Shown: positions 10,201-19,432 of the stretch, in pieces
Numbering within the stretch: the first letter of the stretch is position 1
Layout: each line of letters opens with the position of its first letter
Origin: an uncultured Fibrobacteria bacterium
Lineage (GTDB): Bacteria; Fibrobacterota; Fibrobacteria; UBA11236
DNA: 64,000 nucleotides
Reading direction: 5' to 3'
NCBI GenBank assembly: GCA_963716395.1
Contig: OY970309.1
Span: forward strand, 1,504,001 to 1,568,000
Made by a program: the position numbers and the translations under genes
The notes under the pieces: generated by a model
The model's database searches: none
The model's input: the letters and a program-made list of their open reading frames with translations, nothing else
Told to the model about the DNA's origin: nothing

Positions 10201-10964
10201 GGCCAGCACCTCAAAAGCAGACTCATGCGCGGCGAGGCAACAGGATCGAACGCATCTCCACCTTCGTCGCCGAACAGGCGCATCAGAGAAAACCCGAGTT
10301 CGTCCAGCACGGGCCGGAGCCGATCGAGCGTAAAGAGCCGCACTCGCTCTTCATGCACATCTTCGTGCACATCTTCCGGTACTTCTGTGTGCCTCTCACC
10401 GTGCCTTTCCCCGTCTGGCGGTGCCGTGATGCGGATGCGTTTGACCACGCGGTCACCGTCGAGAAAGCGCTCTTGCACCACCCGCCTGCCCGCGATGACC
10501 TGTTCGTCTTTCGACACCAGATGGCTTTTCACATAATCGGGATTGGGCAGATCGAGAAACAAAAAGCCCCCGTGCCGCAGAGCGCGGCGGAATTCGCGCA
10601 AGACCGCCACGTCTTCCGCGAACGTAACAAAGTACCCGAACGAGGTGAAAAAGCTGGTGAGCAGATCAAAGGCGGCGTCGGCGAAGGGCAGGTGCCGCAT
10701 GTCGGCCTGCGCCACCGCAGCCGGGGACGCGTCGCGCAATAGCACGCGACTCAAATCGACGCCGAAGGCGCGCAAACCCAGGCTGCGAAAACCCCGCAAG
10801 TGCCGGCCGCCGCCGCAGCCGACGTCGAGAATGCTCCAGGCGCTTTGGGCGTCACAGGCCTGCACGACCGCCCGGGTTTGCCGTTCGGCCTGGGCTTGGT
10901 CGCGGTTTTGATACAGCGCCTTGTACTCTTCGTCGAACCAGCGCTCGTACCAGTTTTTTTCCAT
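10197..10964 (-). CDS. Class I SAM-dependent methyltransferase, candidate bacillithiol N-methyltransferase (NmbA-like)
   Basis: W..WF...Y..LY..RD N-terminus, ILDVGCGGGRH, DMR.LPF, FFTSFGYF; translationally coupled to bshC. Confidence 0.8.
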   Translation of the reverse strand: MEKNWYERWFDEEYKALYQNRDQAQAERQTRAVVQACDAQSAWSILDVGCGGGRHLRGFRSLGLRAFGVDLSRVLLRDASPAAVAQADMRHLPFADAAFDLLTSFFTSFGYFVTFAEDVAVLREFRRALRHGGFLFLDLPNPDYVKSHLVSKDEQVIAGRRVVQERFLDGDRVVKRIRITAPPDGERHGERHTEVPEDVHEDVHEERVRLFTLDRLRPVLDELGFSLMRLFGDEGGDAFDPVASPRMSLLLRCWP

Positions 10965-11001
10965 GCCGACGCGGGAGTTGTGGGGCGCCCGGCCCCGCGG
11001 T

Positions 11002-11367
11002 TCAGGCCGAAAGCGAGGAGGAGAGTTGCTGCAGCGCGAAATAGACGTCTTCGTTCTGCACCGGCACCGGACAGTTCAAGGTCAGGGCTTTGGAGCGGCG
11101 CAGCTTGAGCGCGGGCGGCTTTTTGTTGATGCTGAAAACCACGGCGGGCTTTTGGTTCAACACGTCGAGGCGCTCGAAGTAACGGAACACCGATGCGCAG
11201 CGCTGCCAGCTTTCAAAATCCACCAGCAAGCCGTCGAAGCTGGTGGAGCGCGCTTTTTCCATCATGTCGGCCAGGCCGAAGGCTTCGAAAGGATAGGGCG
11301 TCGAAGTGAGCAAATCCTCGATTTGCTTGCGGAAGCTCGCATGCTCGGAAAAAATCAACAGCTTCAT
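11002..11367 (-). CDS. Atypical single-domain receiver (CheY-like) protein
   Basis: MKLLIFSE...FDGLLVD...PAVVFS pattern of a REC fold; AAGGA SD before ATG 11367. Confidence 0.6.
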   Translation of the reverse strand: MKLLIFSEHASFRKQIEDLLTSTPYPFEAFGLADMMEKARSTSFDGLLVDFESWQRCASVFRYFERLDVLNQKPAVVFSINKKPPALKLRRSKALTLNCPVPVQNEDVYFALQQLSSSLSA

Positions 11368-11433
11368 GGTCTCATCCTTTCGTGACGCCATCCCCCGCAG
11401 GGGAAGGATGAGCAAATCTAGTAAGCGCCGGGC

Positions 11434-12813
11434 TCAAAAGCCCAGGCGCGATTGCACCGCGCGAATCGAAGCCAAGGTGATTTCCGCCAACTGCTCGATC
11501 TCATCATCCGAGGTGTTGAGCGGCGGCAGCCAGTACACGGTGTTTCCCAAATTCCGCAGCCAGGCGCCGCGGGGCACGGCTTCGCGAAAAATCTCGTAGC
11601 CGACGCGGGCCGCTTGCAGGGGCGCGGGCAGGGCCAAGTCGCCGGCGGCCATGACGCCCAAGTGACGCGAGGCCGTCAAGACGCCGGCTGCGACCGCAAC
11701 TTGCTCCCAGGCGGTTTCGAGGCGGCGCGACAAACCGGCGACGGATTGGGCAAACCCGGGTTCGGCGTAGATGCGCAGCGCCTCCAAGGCCACGGCCGCG
11801 CCCAAGGCATTCCCGGCATAGGTGTTGGAGTGCAGGAAGTCGCGGCCGGTGCCGTAGTCGGCGTAAAACAAAGCGTAAAGATCGGGGTGGATCAGCGCGG
11901 CCGAAAACGGCAGCCATCCGGCCGTCAGGCCTTTCGACAGACAGACCAGGTCGGGTGTTACTCCGGCGTGACGTAGCGCCAACGTTTCACCCGTGCGCCA
12001 GAATCCGGTGAGAATTTCGTCGGCCACGAAATACACGCCGTGCGCGCTTGTCCAGGTCCGCAGCCGGCGCAGGAGATCGGGGCTGTACACGCGCATGCCG
12101 CCCGCGCCCTGCAACACGGGCTCGACGATCAAGGCGGCGGCCGTGTCGGCCCAAGGCCGCAACTGGGCTTCCAGCGCGGGCCAGGCCGCCGAGGCGTCGG
12201 CCCACTGCGGGTCGCGTGGCGAAGAGACATAGGGCAGGCCGCGCAGAATGTGCGGCGTCGGCAAAACCGCGGCGAAGGGCGCGCGGTACAATCCCAAATC
12301 GCTGACGGCCAAGGCCAGACCGCTTTCGCCGTGGTACCCGTTTTCCAGGGCGATGAAGCGCGTGCGCTGGGGTTGGCCGCGCACGTGTTGGGCTTGCAGA
12401 CACAGCTTCAGCGCGATTTCCACCGCGGTGGAGCCGTCGCCGCCGTAGAACACCTTGTCGAGCGGCGGGCAGAGCGCGGCCAGAACTTCCGACAATTCCG
12501 CCAGACCGGCCTGCGCGGTATTGGCGGCAATCACGTGTTCGAAACGCTCGGCCTGGCGCAGCAGGGCGGCGCGCAGGCGCGGATGGCTGTGGCCCAGGGA
12601 TTTGCACCACCAGCTCGAAATCGCGTCGAGCACGCGTCGGCCGTCTTTGAGGATCAAATAAGAACCGGAGGCGCCCGCCACCTCGACGGGGGGAAAGGCT
12701 TGGTAATCCTTCATCTGAGAACAAGGGTGCCAATGGTGACTGAGATCGCGTGCCACCACGTTGCCGGAACGTCCCGGAGGGGTGGAGGGGTTTGCGTCGG
12801 ATTCGGTTTTCAT
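11434..12813 (-). CDS. bioA: Adenosylmethionine-8-amino-7-oxononanoate aminotransferase
   Basis: WHPCSQMKD, DAISSWW, GSTAVEIALK, NGYHGE, EPVLQGAGGM, DEILTGF, SKGLTAGWLP. Confidence 0.95.
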   Translation of the reverse strand: MKTESDANPSTPPGRSGNVVARDLSHHWHPCSQMKDYQAFPPVEVAGASGSYLILKDGRRVLDAISSWWCKSLGHSHPRLRAALLRQAERFEHVIAANTAQAGLAELSEVLAALCPPLDKVFYGGDGSTAVEIALKLCLQAQHVRGQPQRTRFIALENGYHGESGLALAVSDLGLYRAPFAAVLPTPHILRGLPYVSSPRDPQWADASAAWPALEAQLRPWADTAAALIVEPVLQGAGGMRVYSPDLLRRLRTWTSAHGVYFVADEILTGFWRTGETLALRHAGVTPDLVCLSKGLTAGWLPFSAALIHPDLYALFYADYGTGRDFLHSNTYAGNALGAAVALEALRIYAEPGFAQSVAGLSRRLETAWEQVAVAAGVLTASRHLGVMAAGDLALPAPLQAARVGYEIFREAVPRGAWLRNLGNTVYWLPPLNTSDDEIEQLAEITLASIRAVQSRLGF

Positions 12814-12965
12814 GCCCTATTCCAGGTACGGCCATCGGATGGTTGCTTGGGCGGAAGGGATTGTGCATGGGCTTGCGCCTTGCGCAGCCACGACGCCAGC
12901 ACGGCTGCGGGAGGCGCTTTCCATTTCCGGATTCCGGATTTCTGGGCGGAAGTTTGCGCGGGCAT
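12810..12965 (-). CDS. Small 51-aa hypothetical protein coupled to bioA (absent from ORF track)
   Basis: GGAGGAGG SD before ATG; MPAQTSAQKSGIRKWKAPPAAVLASWLRKAQAHAQSLPPKQPSDGRTWNRA*; TGA overlaps bioA ATG (ATGA). Confidence 0.55.
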   Translation of the reverse strand: MPAQTSAQKSGIRKWKAPPAAVLASWLRKAQAHAQSLPPKQPSDGRTWNRA

Positions 12966-13042
12966 ATTCCTCCTCCCGGTGCGGAGGCGCCGGAAACGGT
13001 TCGGCCTGCAATGTAGGATTGCGGAGACAGGGAATCCGGCCG

Positions 13043-13795
13043 CTACAATACGAATTGGTAGGTGACGGTGAAGCGCGCGGGTAGGGCCTGTCCCTTGTCG
13101 ATATAGGGTTTATAACGCGTGGCCCGCGACGCTGTGAGCGCCGCCGTGTCGAAATCTTTGCCCCCGGACTTCTGAATCGAAGCGTCGACCACCCGGCCTT
13201 GGGCGTCGATGGTGACCGTGACCAGTACCGTCGAAGTGACCCCTTGCTCTTCAGCCCATTCCGGATACACCGGCATCACCTTGTTCAAGGCATCTGGTTC
13301 CTGGCTGATTTGCACCGGCTGAGGGGGCGGTGGGGGCGGCGTTTTTTGCACGATGCTGTCGGGCTTTTTCATCAAGGTATTGCCGGTGGCCACAGCCAAA
13401 TCGCCCTTGTCCGAAGTCTCCTTGTCGTCCAGGCCGAACACCGGCGGGGGCGGCTTGGGTGTCGGCGGGGGCGGCGGCGCTTTGGGCTCGGGCGGCGGGG
13501 GTGGCGGTTTGGGTTTGGGAGGCGGCGGAATGACTTTAGGCGGTGGTGGAGGTGGCGGCGGAGGCGGCGGGGCCACTTCGACGATTTGCACGGTTTCTTC
13601 ACTGATCATTTTGGAGATCGGCAGCTTGCGCACACTGAAAAGAAAAACCGCGATGAGAGCCAGAATCACGACCGCTCCCAACCAATCGCCTCCGCGCATG
13701 CGGCGCGGGGCGGGGAAATTCAGGTGCAGGCCGTCTGGAATAGCGCCGGAAGGCCGGCGGCGCCGGCGCACACGCTGCGGAGCCCGCGCAATCAT
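13043..13795 (-). CDS. tonB: Energy transducer TonB
   Basis: TM helix, Pro-rich linker, C-terminal PVYPEWAEEQG...VTIDAQGRV...FDTAAL. Confidence 0.9.
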   Translation of the reverse strand: MIARAPQRVRRRRRPSGAIPDGLHLNFPAPRRMRGGDWLGAVVILALIAVFLFSVRKLPISKMISEETVQIVEVAPPPPPPPPPPPKVIPPPPKPKPPPPPPEPKAPPPPPTPKPPPPVFGLDDKETSDKGDLAVATGNTLMKKPDSIVQKTPPPPPPQPVQISQEPDALNKVMPVYPEWAEEQGVTSTVLVTVTIDAQGRVVDASIQKSGGKDFDTAALTASRATRYKPYIDKGQALPARFTVTYQFVL

Positions 13796-14205
13796 GGATA
13801 CGACCGCACCACCTTCAAGGCGTATTTGGTCACGCCCGCGCCTCGCACCAAATCGAGCAGCCAGACCACTTTTTTATACGGCAGGTCCTCATCGGCCGAG
13901 ATCAGCACCTGGTGATCGGGCTCTTGCCGCACGTCCTGCTGTAACGCCGCGGTGACGGTGGCCGAATCGGTGGGCTCGCCATCGAGATACAATTGCAGGT
14001 TGCGGTCGAGCACCAGGCCCGAAGCTTTGGGCGCTTCGGTGCCGGCGTGCGCGGCTTTGGGCAGACTGAGGGGAATCTCGCGCTGATCCATCACCGAACT
14101 GGTGATCATGAAAATGATGAGCAGCACCAGAAAGATGTCCACCAAGGGCGTGATGTTGATGGCGGTCATGATTTCGTCGTCGTTGTCGGAAGTCGACGCG
14201 GCCAT
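13792..14205 (-). CDS. exbD: Biopolymer transport protein ExbD/TolR
   Basis: INITPLVDIFLVLLIIFMIT, ISADEDLPY..VV. Confidence 0.93.
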   Translation of the reverse strand: MAASTSDNDDEIMTAINITPLVDIFLVLLIIFMITSSVMDQREIPLSLPKAAHAGTEAPKASGLVLDRNLQLYLDGEPTDSATVTAALQQDVRQEPDHQVLISADEDLPYKKVVWLLDLVRGAGVTKYALKVVRSYP

Positions 14206-14850
14206 TCAACCCTCCCGACCCAAGGTGGTTTGCAGGCTGCGCGCCACCAGCAGCCCCCGCAATTCCCGGGCTTGCTCCAGTATGCGGCGGCTGCGGTTGC
14301 GCAGAACGTTGTAGAAGACCACGGCGGGAATGGCGACCATGAGGCCGAGCGCGGTGGCGATCAGCGCCTGGGAGATGGCGAGCATGACTTCGGTCGAACC
14401 GCGTCCGCCCGAGGCCGCGAAGCGATCGAAGGCCACCAAAATGCCGATCACCGTGCCCGTGAGCCCGACGAAGGGCGCGTTCGCACCCACCGTGCCGAGA
14501 AAGGAAAGGCCCTGATCGAGTTCGCGCTTTTCCGCCGACTCCTGCACATCGAAAACTTTTTCCAGGGCTTCGGGCGCCAGATTCAAATTGGCCAATCCGG
14601 TTTTCACCACCCGCCCCGGAACCGTGGCCGCGTCTTTTTCATCGACCACGGCCACCTCGGGTTGGGGCGAAGCCACTCCGCTTGTCAAGGCCGCCACCCA
14701 TTTTTCCGGCTTGCCTCCGGCCTGGGAAAAGGCGCGCCAGCGCCAGACGAAAATGGCGACGATGGCGAATTCGAGAAACACCAACAAGGCCAACAAGAAC
14801 CGCTCCAGGAACACGAGAAAGGGAGCCAGATATTCAATCACATGGACCAT
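14206..14850 (-). CDS. exbB: MotA/TolQ/ExbB proton channel protein
   Basis: LGTVGANAPFVGLTGTVIGI, ISQALIATALGLMVAIPAVVFYN; AAGGAG SD. Confidence 0.92.
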   Translation of the reverse strand: MVHVIEYLAPFLVFLERFLLALLVFLEFAIVAIFVWRWRAFSQAGGKPEKWVAALTSGVASPQPEVAVVDEKDAATVPGRVVKTGLANLNLAPEALEKVFDVQESAEKRELDQGLSFLGTVGANAPFVGLTGTVIGILVAFDRFAASGGRGSTEVMLAISQALIATALGLMVAIPAVVFYNVLRNRSRRILEQARELRGLLVARSLQTTLGREG

Positions 14851-14917
14851 GTTTCACTCCTTGAAAAAACCGCATTCGCCCCGGTATTACCTATTGGAAG
14901 AAGGTAACAAGTAAGGA

Positions 14918-16219
14918 TCAGCCTCCTGAATTGTTCAGTTTCTGGCGCAGCCAGACCTTGTGCAGCGCCGGCACCGAAAACGTGTCGGGGCTCAGGGCCA
15001 TGACCTGCACCGAAAGGCTGTCGACCACGGCGGCCGAGAAATAACCCGCGCCGCCCTGTACATTGGTGGGCTCGATGACGTTGCCGCTTTGCCCGGCATT
15101 ACCCCCGCCTCCGCCGCCGATTCCCGGCGCGACCACGTCGCGGTAATGGGCATTGGCATAGTTGGAATCGACGGCGTAGAAATAAAAGGTGTTGCGCCCG
15201 GTATAGCCCAAGGCCAGGTTAGAAATGGCGACGGTGTCGGGATAATTCGCCACCTGCATACCGCCGCGGGTCAGGATTTCGGCGACGGAGGAATTCTCCG
15301 GCTGATACAGGCTGGCCGAGTCGATTTTGGTCTGCGAGAGGCTTTGTTCAAACTCTTTGCGCAACGGGCTTTCAATGCGGGCCCGGGTGGTATCCCAACC
15401 CATCACCACCACCAGGCCGCCATAGTCGGCGGCGTCGTAATTCTGCGCGAAATGCCAGGAGCGCGCGAAGTGCTGCAAAATTCCCCCGGATCCGGCGTCG
15501 GGATTCGGTGCGGCGGTTGGGTCGAAAATGAAATAAACGCTATCGCCGTCTGCGACGGGACGCAGAACGAGGTAACCTTGCAGATACCGTTGGAAATCCG
15601 CCACCGTTACCCCCAGGGGGGCCCAGGGCTTGATCGCGTTCAGGCTGTCGTAGAGCGCCGCCAAATCGCCGGTGTCCTGCAAGGCCTTCTGCTCTACGGC
15701 CAGCGGCAATCCCGTCGCGAGAGCGGGGTGCAGGGCTTCCAGGGGAACTTCGACGGGTTCCCGCAAGGAGTAATAGCCTTGGGTATAGGTGGCGGCCGTC
15801 AGGGTGTCGTCGGCGAACGAGGTGTCGGCGGGAAATTCACGCGCGTTATTCCAGCGCACGAAGGCGTGCAAGGTGTAATGCGCCCCTACGCCTACGGTGT
15901 CGGTTTTCACCGGCCGCCAGATGCGCGTGTCAAGCGAATCCATGCGGTAATAGACCGTATCGGCGGGCGACCCTTCGCGCACCACGAAGATGCGGGTGGA
16001 GTCGGCCGCGACGAAGGCCCGCGCGCTGTCGTATTGCTGGTCCAGCGACAGCGGGCGTTCCAGCCACAGGCTGTCGTAAGGCCTGCCGGCCACCAGCATG
16101 CACGACACGTTCAAAGTGATGGGGGCCTTTTGGCTGTCGACCTGCATGTTCCAGGGGCCGAGCAGGCAACCGGCTAGGCCCGCGGCGGCGGCCAGGGGAA
16201 GGAAGCGCCTAAAACTCAT
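14918..16219 (-). CDS. Lipoprotein partner of TonB-dependent receptor (DUF4249-like)
   Basis: Lipobox LAGC; C-terminal 'YAVDSNY...TNVQGGAGYFSA'; overlaps receptor 3' end. Confidence 0.7.
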   Translation of the reverse strand: MSFRRFLPLAAAAGLAGCLLGPWNMQVDSQKAPITLNVSCMLVAGRPYDSLWLERPLSLDQQYDSARAFVAADSTRIFVVREGSPADTVYYRMDSLDTRIWRPVKTDTVGVGAHYTLHAFVRWNNAREFPADTSFADDTLTAATYTQGYYSLREPVEVPLEALHPALATGLPLAVEQKALQDTGDLAALYDSLNAIKPWAPLGVTVADFQRYLQGYLVLRPVADGDSVYFIFDPTAAPNPDAGSGGILQHFARSWHFAQNYDAADYGGLVVVMGWDTTRARIESPLRKEFEQSLSQTKIDSASLYQPENSSVAEILTRGGMQVANYPDTVAISNLALGYTGRNTFYFYAVDSNYANAHYRDVVAPGIGGGGGGNAGQSGNVIEPTNVQGGAGYFSAAVVDSLSVQVMALSPDTFSVPALHKVWLRQKLNNSGG

Positions 16220-18767
16220 ATTCGTACCCGAGGAAAATCGGCAGGAAGGGAAATTGGTAGAAATAGGTCTTGGTGGGAGGGTTGGCGTTGCGGTCGATGT
16301 TCACCAGAAACGGGTTCTTGCGGCCGAACACGTTGATGATAGTCCAGTAAAAGCGCCATTTATGCACGCGCCCGATGTCGATGGGCGTGATATCAAGACG
16401 CGCGTAATAGGGCACGTTGAAATCGTTGGGGTCGTCGGTGAAGGTTTGCAGCGCCGGGGTTTGCTCCGGCAGCCCTTCGGGTTCAAACGCGTCGTGGCTG
16501 CGGGTGTAGTCGAGTCCGGTATACGGCAGTCCGGTATGGATGTTCCATTGCAGGCTGCTGCGAAAATATTTTCCCCGCGACGCGGAAGGCCATAACGCGT
16601 CGTTTTTGCCTCCCCGCCAATTCACGGCCAAGTTCAGTTTGAAGGTTTGACGTTGATCCCAATCGGCGTAATAGGGCCGGAAAAAGGTTTGCAGGCTGTC
16701 GGTGCCGGTCGCCAGCGGCTTCAAGACGGCCACGGCGTAAGCATAGCTTGCTTCTCCGCTCACCGCGCCTTGGTCGCGTTTCAAGGAGAATTCGGCGCCG
16801 AGCGCATAGCCGTTGAGATAGCCGAAGAGCTTGGATATATCGGATCGATGCGTGGAACTGTCGACGCTGCCCGTGAGGCTGGGATCGAAGAGGGGAATGC
16901 TGCGGATATCTTTGTAATAGCCGTCGAGCGACGCGGTCAGCCCCCAGCGCGTCCAGTCGCTGCGCTCCACTCCGGTCGACGCCAAGAGCGAGGTGGTGGG
17001 CGGCATGGGGCTTTTCACCGCGTACCAGAATTCGTTGATGGTTTCCTGATCGGTGAAGCTCAGCGAGGTCAGGTATTGGTGGTAGTAGCCGAGATGGGCG
17101 TCATAGCGCCAATTCTTCGCGGGCCGGTAGGTGTAGGTCAGGCGCGGATCAAATTGAAAATAATCTTCGAGGTGTTGCAGGTGAAAGGCCAAATCCTTGC
17201 CGCCGGGCTGGATGGCCGGGTAATTGTATCCGCGTACCCCGAAGGTTACGGTATGCCGTGGGTTCACCACCCATTTGTCCTGCAGGTAGGCCTGCTGCAG
17301 GTTGAGGGCGTAGACATCTTCCTGGTAACTCGCCAGCAGGGGGAAGTTATAGCTGAAGTCGATCCAGAAACGGTTGAACTCATAGCCGGCCGCAAGCGTG
17401 TGCCCCGGAAATCCTGCATAGTGCAAATCCTGGCGGGTATTCAGCGTGCCGATGGAATTGCCCAGGTTCAGCACGCTGGCGACGGCGAAGTTTTGGTCGA
17501 AGCCCGAATACGCCAATACCCCGTCGTACGACCAATACGGCGACAGCCGCCAATGCACGTTCACGGGCACATCGAGGTTACCCCAATCCGCCGCCAGCGG
17601 AGAGATGTTCAGGTTGTCGCGCCCCTGGTACCAGGACACGCGCACCGTGTCGTATTGGTTTCCCCAGGCGAGGTTGCCCTGCCAGTCGTAGAAGAAATAG
17701 TCGAGGTGAAAATCGGTGAGATTGAGGCCATCGGCCAGGTTGAGGGCCTGATCGATCCAGGTGCGGCGCCCCGCCAGAACCCATGACCAGTCGCCGCGCC
17801 GGCCGTCGGTTTCGGCCGATCCCGAAAAGGTGGTGACGCGGGCGCTGCCTTCGGCATGTGTGCTGTCGCCCAACGCCGTGCCGGACAGGCGGCTGGTCGA
17901 GTCGTAGGTCGAACCGCCGTCTTTGCTGTGCACGACCAACACCGAGGCCAGACGATTGCCCCAATACGGATCGAAGCCGCCTTCGTAAAAATCGAGCCCC
18001 CCGATGCCATCGGCCAGAAAGGTGGAGAAGAGGCCGCCGAAATGCGAAGGCGAATACACCACGGCATTGTCGAACAGCACCAGGTTTTCGTCGCTGGGGC
18101 TGCCACGCACGTACAGCTTGGTGGAAAAATCCGACGAAGAAACCACGCCCGGCAAGGCCTGCACGGCGCGGATGACGTCGGGTTCGGCGAGTCCCGGCAG
18201 GCGTTTGACCTGTTGGGTGGTGACGTGCTCCTCGCCCAAGGCCAGGGGCCGACGGTGGCCGTGCACCACCACGGTGCGACTGTTGTTGCCGTTATCCAGG
18301 TTCACCGCGTTGCGCTGCGCCGCGACCCGTGCCGCTGAATCCACTGCGGGAGGCGGAGCCGGTGTGGTGTCGACCACGGTGCGGGCGGTGTCGATAAAAT
18401 GCAGGGGGGCCAATTCCAGGGTGTCGTACCCCGACGGGTGCAGGGGTACGCAGGCCTTTTGCGCGCCCTGCTCCAGACACAAACTCAACACGCCGCCGGT
18501 GCGGGTGGCGCTATCCAGCAGCAGACGGATTTGCCAGCGGCCGGCAGAGTCGGCCCGGGTCGAGGTCGAATCGATACGCACTTGCGCGCCCGGAGGCGCC
18601 TGGCCGTTGAAAATCACGGGATGCCGTGTGCGGGCGGTCGCGTCATGGGGTGCGGTCTTGGTGGTGGTATCGGCCCCGGAGGCGGCGGAAAGTGGCAGCG
18701 CCATGCCGGTGCAGAAAACCACCGCACCGAAAATCAGAGGGTGGATTTTTTCAGCGCCGGCGATCAT
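16209..18767 (-). CDS. TonB-dependent outer-membrane receptor
   Basis: Signal peptide; plug motif LPGLAEPDVIRAVQALPGV..LYVRGSPSDENLVLFD; C-terminal NVFGRKN..GYEYEF. Confidence 0.9.
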   Translation of the reverse strand: MIAGAEKIHPLIFGAVVFCTGMALPLSAASGADTTTKTAPHDATARTRHPVIFNGQAPPGAQVRIDSTSTRADSAGRWQIRLLLDSATRTGGVLSLCLEQGAQKACVPLHPSGYDTLELAPLHFIDTARTVVDTTPAPPPAVDSAARVAAQRNAVNLDNGNNSRTVVVHGHRRPLALGEEHVTTQQVKRLPGLAEPDVIRAVQALPGVVSSSDFSTKLYVRGSPSDENLVLFDNAVVYSPSHFGGLFSTFLADGIGGLDFYEGGFDPYWGNRLASVLVVHSKDGGSTYDSTSRLSGTALGDSTHAEGSARVTTFSGSAETDGRRGDWSWVLAGRRTWIDQALNLADGLNLTDFHLDYFFYDWQGNLAWGNQYDTVRVSWYQGRDNLNISPLAADWGNLDVPVNVHWRLSPYWSYDGVLAYSGFDQNFAVASVLNLGNSIGTLNTRQDLHYAGFPGHTLAAGYEFNRFWIDFSYNFPLLASYQEDVYALNLQQAYLQDKWVVNPRHTVTFGVRGYNYPAIQPGGKDLAFHLQHLEDYFQFDPRLTYTYRPAKNWRYDAHLGYYHQYLTSLSFTDQETINEFWYAVKSPMPPTTSLLASTGVERSDWTRWGLTASLDGYYKDIRSIPLFDPSLTGSVDSSTHRSDISKLFGYLNGYALGAEFSLKRDQGAVSGEASYAYAVAVLKPLATGTDSLQTFFRPYYADWDQRQTFKLNLAVNWRGGKNDALWPSASRGKYFRSSLQWNIHTGLPYTGLDYTRSHDAFEPEGLPEQTPALQTFTDDPNDFNVPYYARLDITPIDIGRVHKWRFYWTIINVFGRKNPFLVNIDRNANPPTKTYFYQFPFLPIFLGYEYEF

Positions 18768-19248
18768 GGGTGGGGACTTTCTGCTGGGAGGCTCCGTCGG
18801 CGACTTTCCCGCACAAAGTGGAAAACTGGGCCAGCTCTGCGTCGGAAAAATTCCGGAATAATTTCACCAGTTCTCCGAAACGGCGTTGGCGCAGATCGCG
18901 GATGGTTTTTTTACGGGCGGCGGGAATTTTCAGCGAAAGGCCGCGCCGATCGTGCGCGTTAACGGTGCGTACCAGGTATTTTTTTTCCACCAGTTCGTCG
19001 ACCAATTGGGTGGTGGCGCTGCTGGTAATATGCAGTTCTTCGGCGATCTCCTTGATGCCGACGTTTTTCCCGCGCAAGACCACCGCCAAAATGGCCCATT
19101 GCGCCGGGGTGATGCGAGCCCGGTGTGCGGCGCGCGTTGCCTGCCCGGCCAAAAATCTCGGCATGCCCTGCCGATCGACGAGCATGCGCCGCAGTACGCG
19201 CAGGCTGCGGAAAACATTTTCGATCTGCTGGCGGCGGGCGGAAATCAC
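18751..19248 (-). CDS. MarR-family transcriptional regulator
   Basis: ITPAQWAIL, IKEIAEELHITSSATTQLVDELVEKKYLVR..DRR. Confidence 0.9.
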   Translation of the reverse strand: MISARRQQIENVFRSLRVLRRMLVDRQGMPRFLAGQATRAAHRARITPAQWAILAVVLRGKNVGIKEIAEELHITSSATTQLVDELVEKKYLVRTVNAHDRRGLSLKIPAARKKTIRDLRQRRFGELVKLFRNFSDAELAQFSTLCGKVADGASQQKVPTHDRRR

Positions 19249-19432
19249 GGGAAAAATTTAGATCGGCGACTTAATAAGTAAGGATCTTAAATAAGAAAAG
19301 GGATTTCCGTCAAACGGCGCGGCGGGTCCGCCTTCCGTCGCCAGCAAATTACGCATTCGCCGGGCCGCGAAGGGCCACGACCAGGCCCGAAACGGTGACA
19401 TTTCGTAACGTGAATTAATTCTGCTGCGCGGT

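Noticed and set aside
13325-13575. G-rich repetitive tract
   Set aside because: Encodes the ordinary poly-proline linker of TonB
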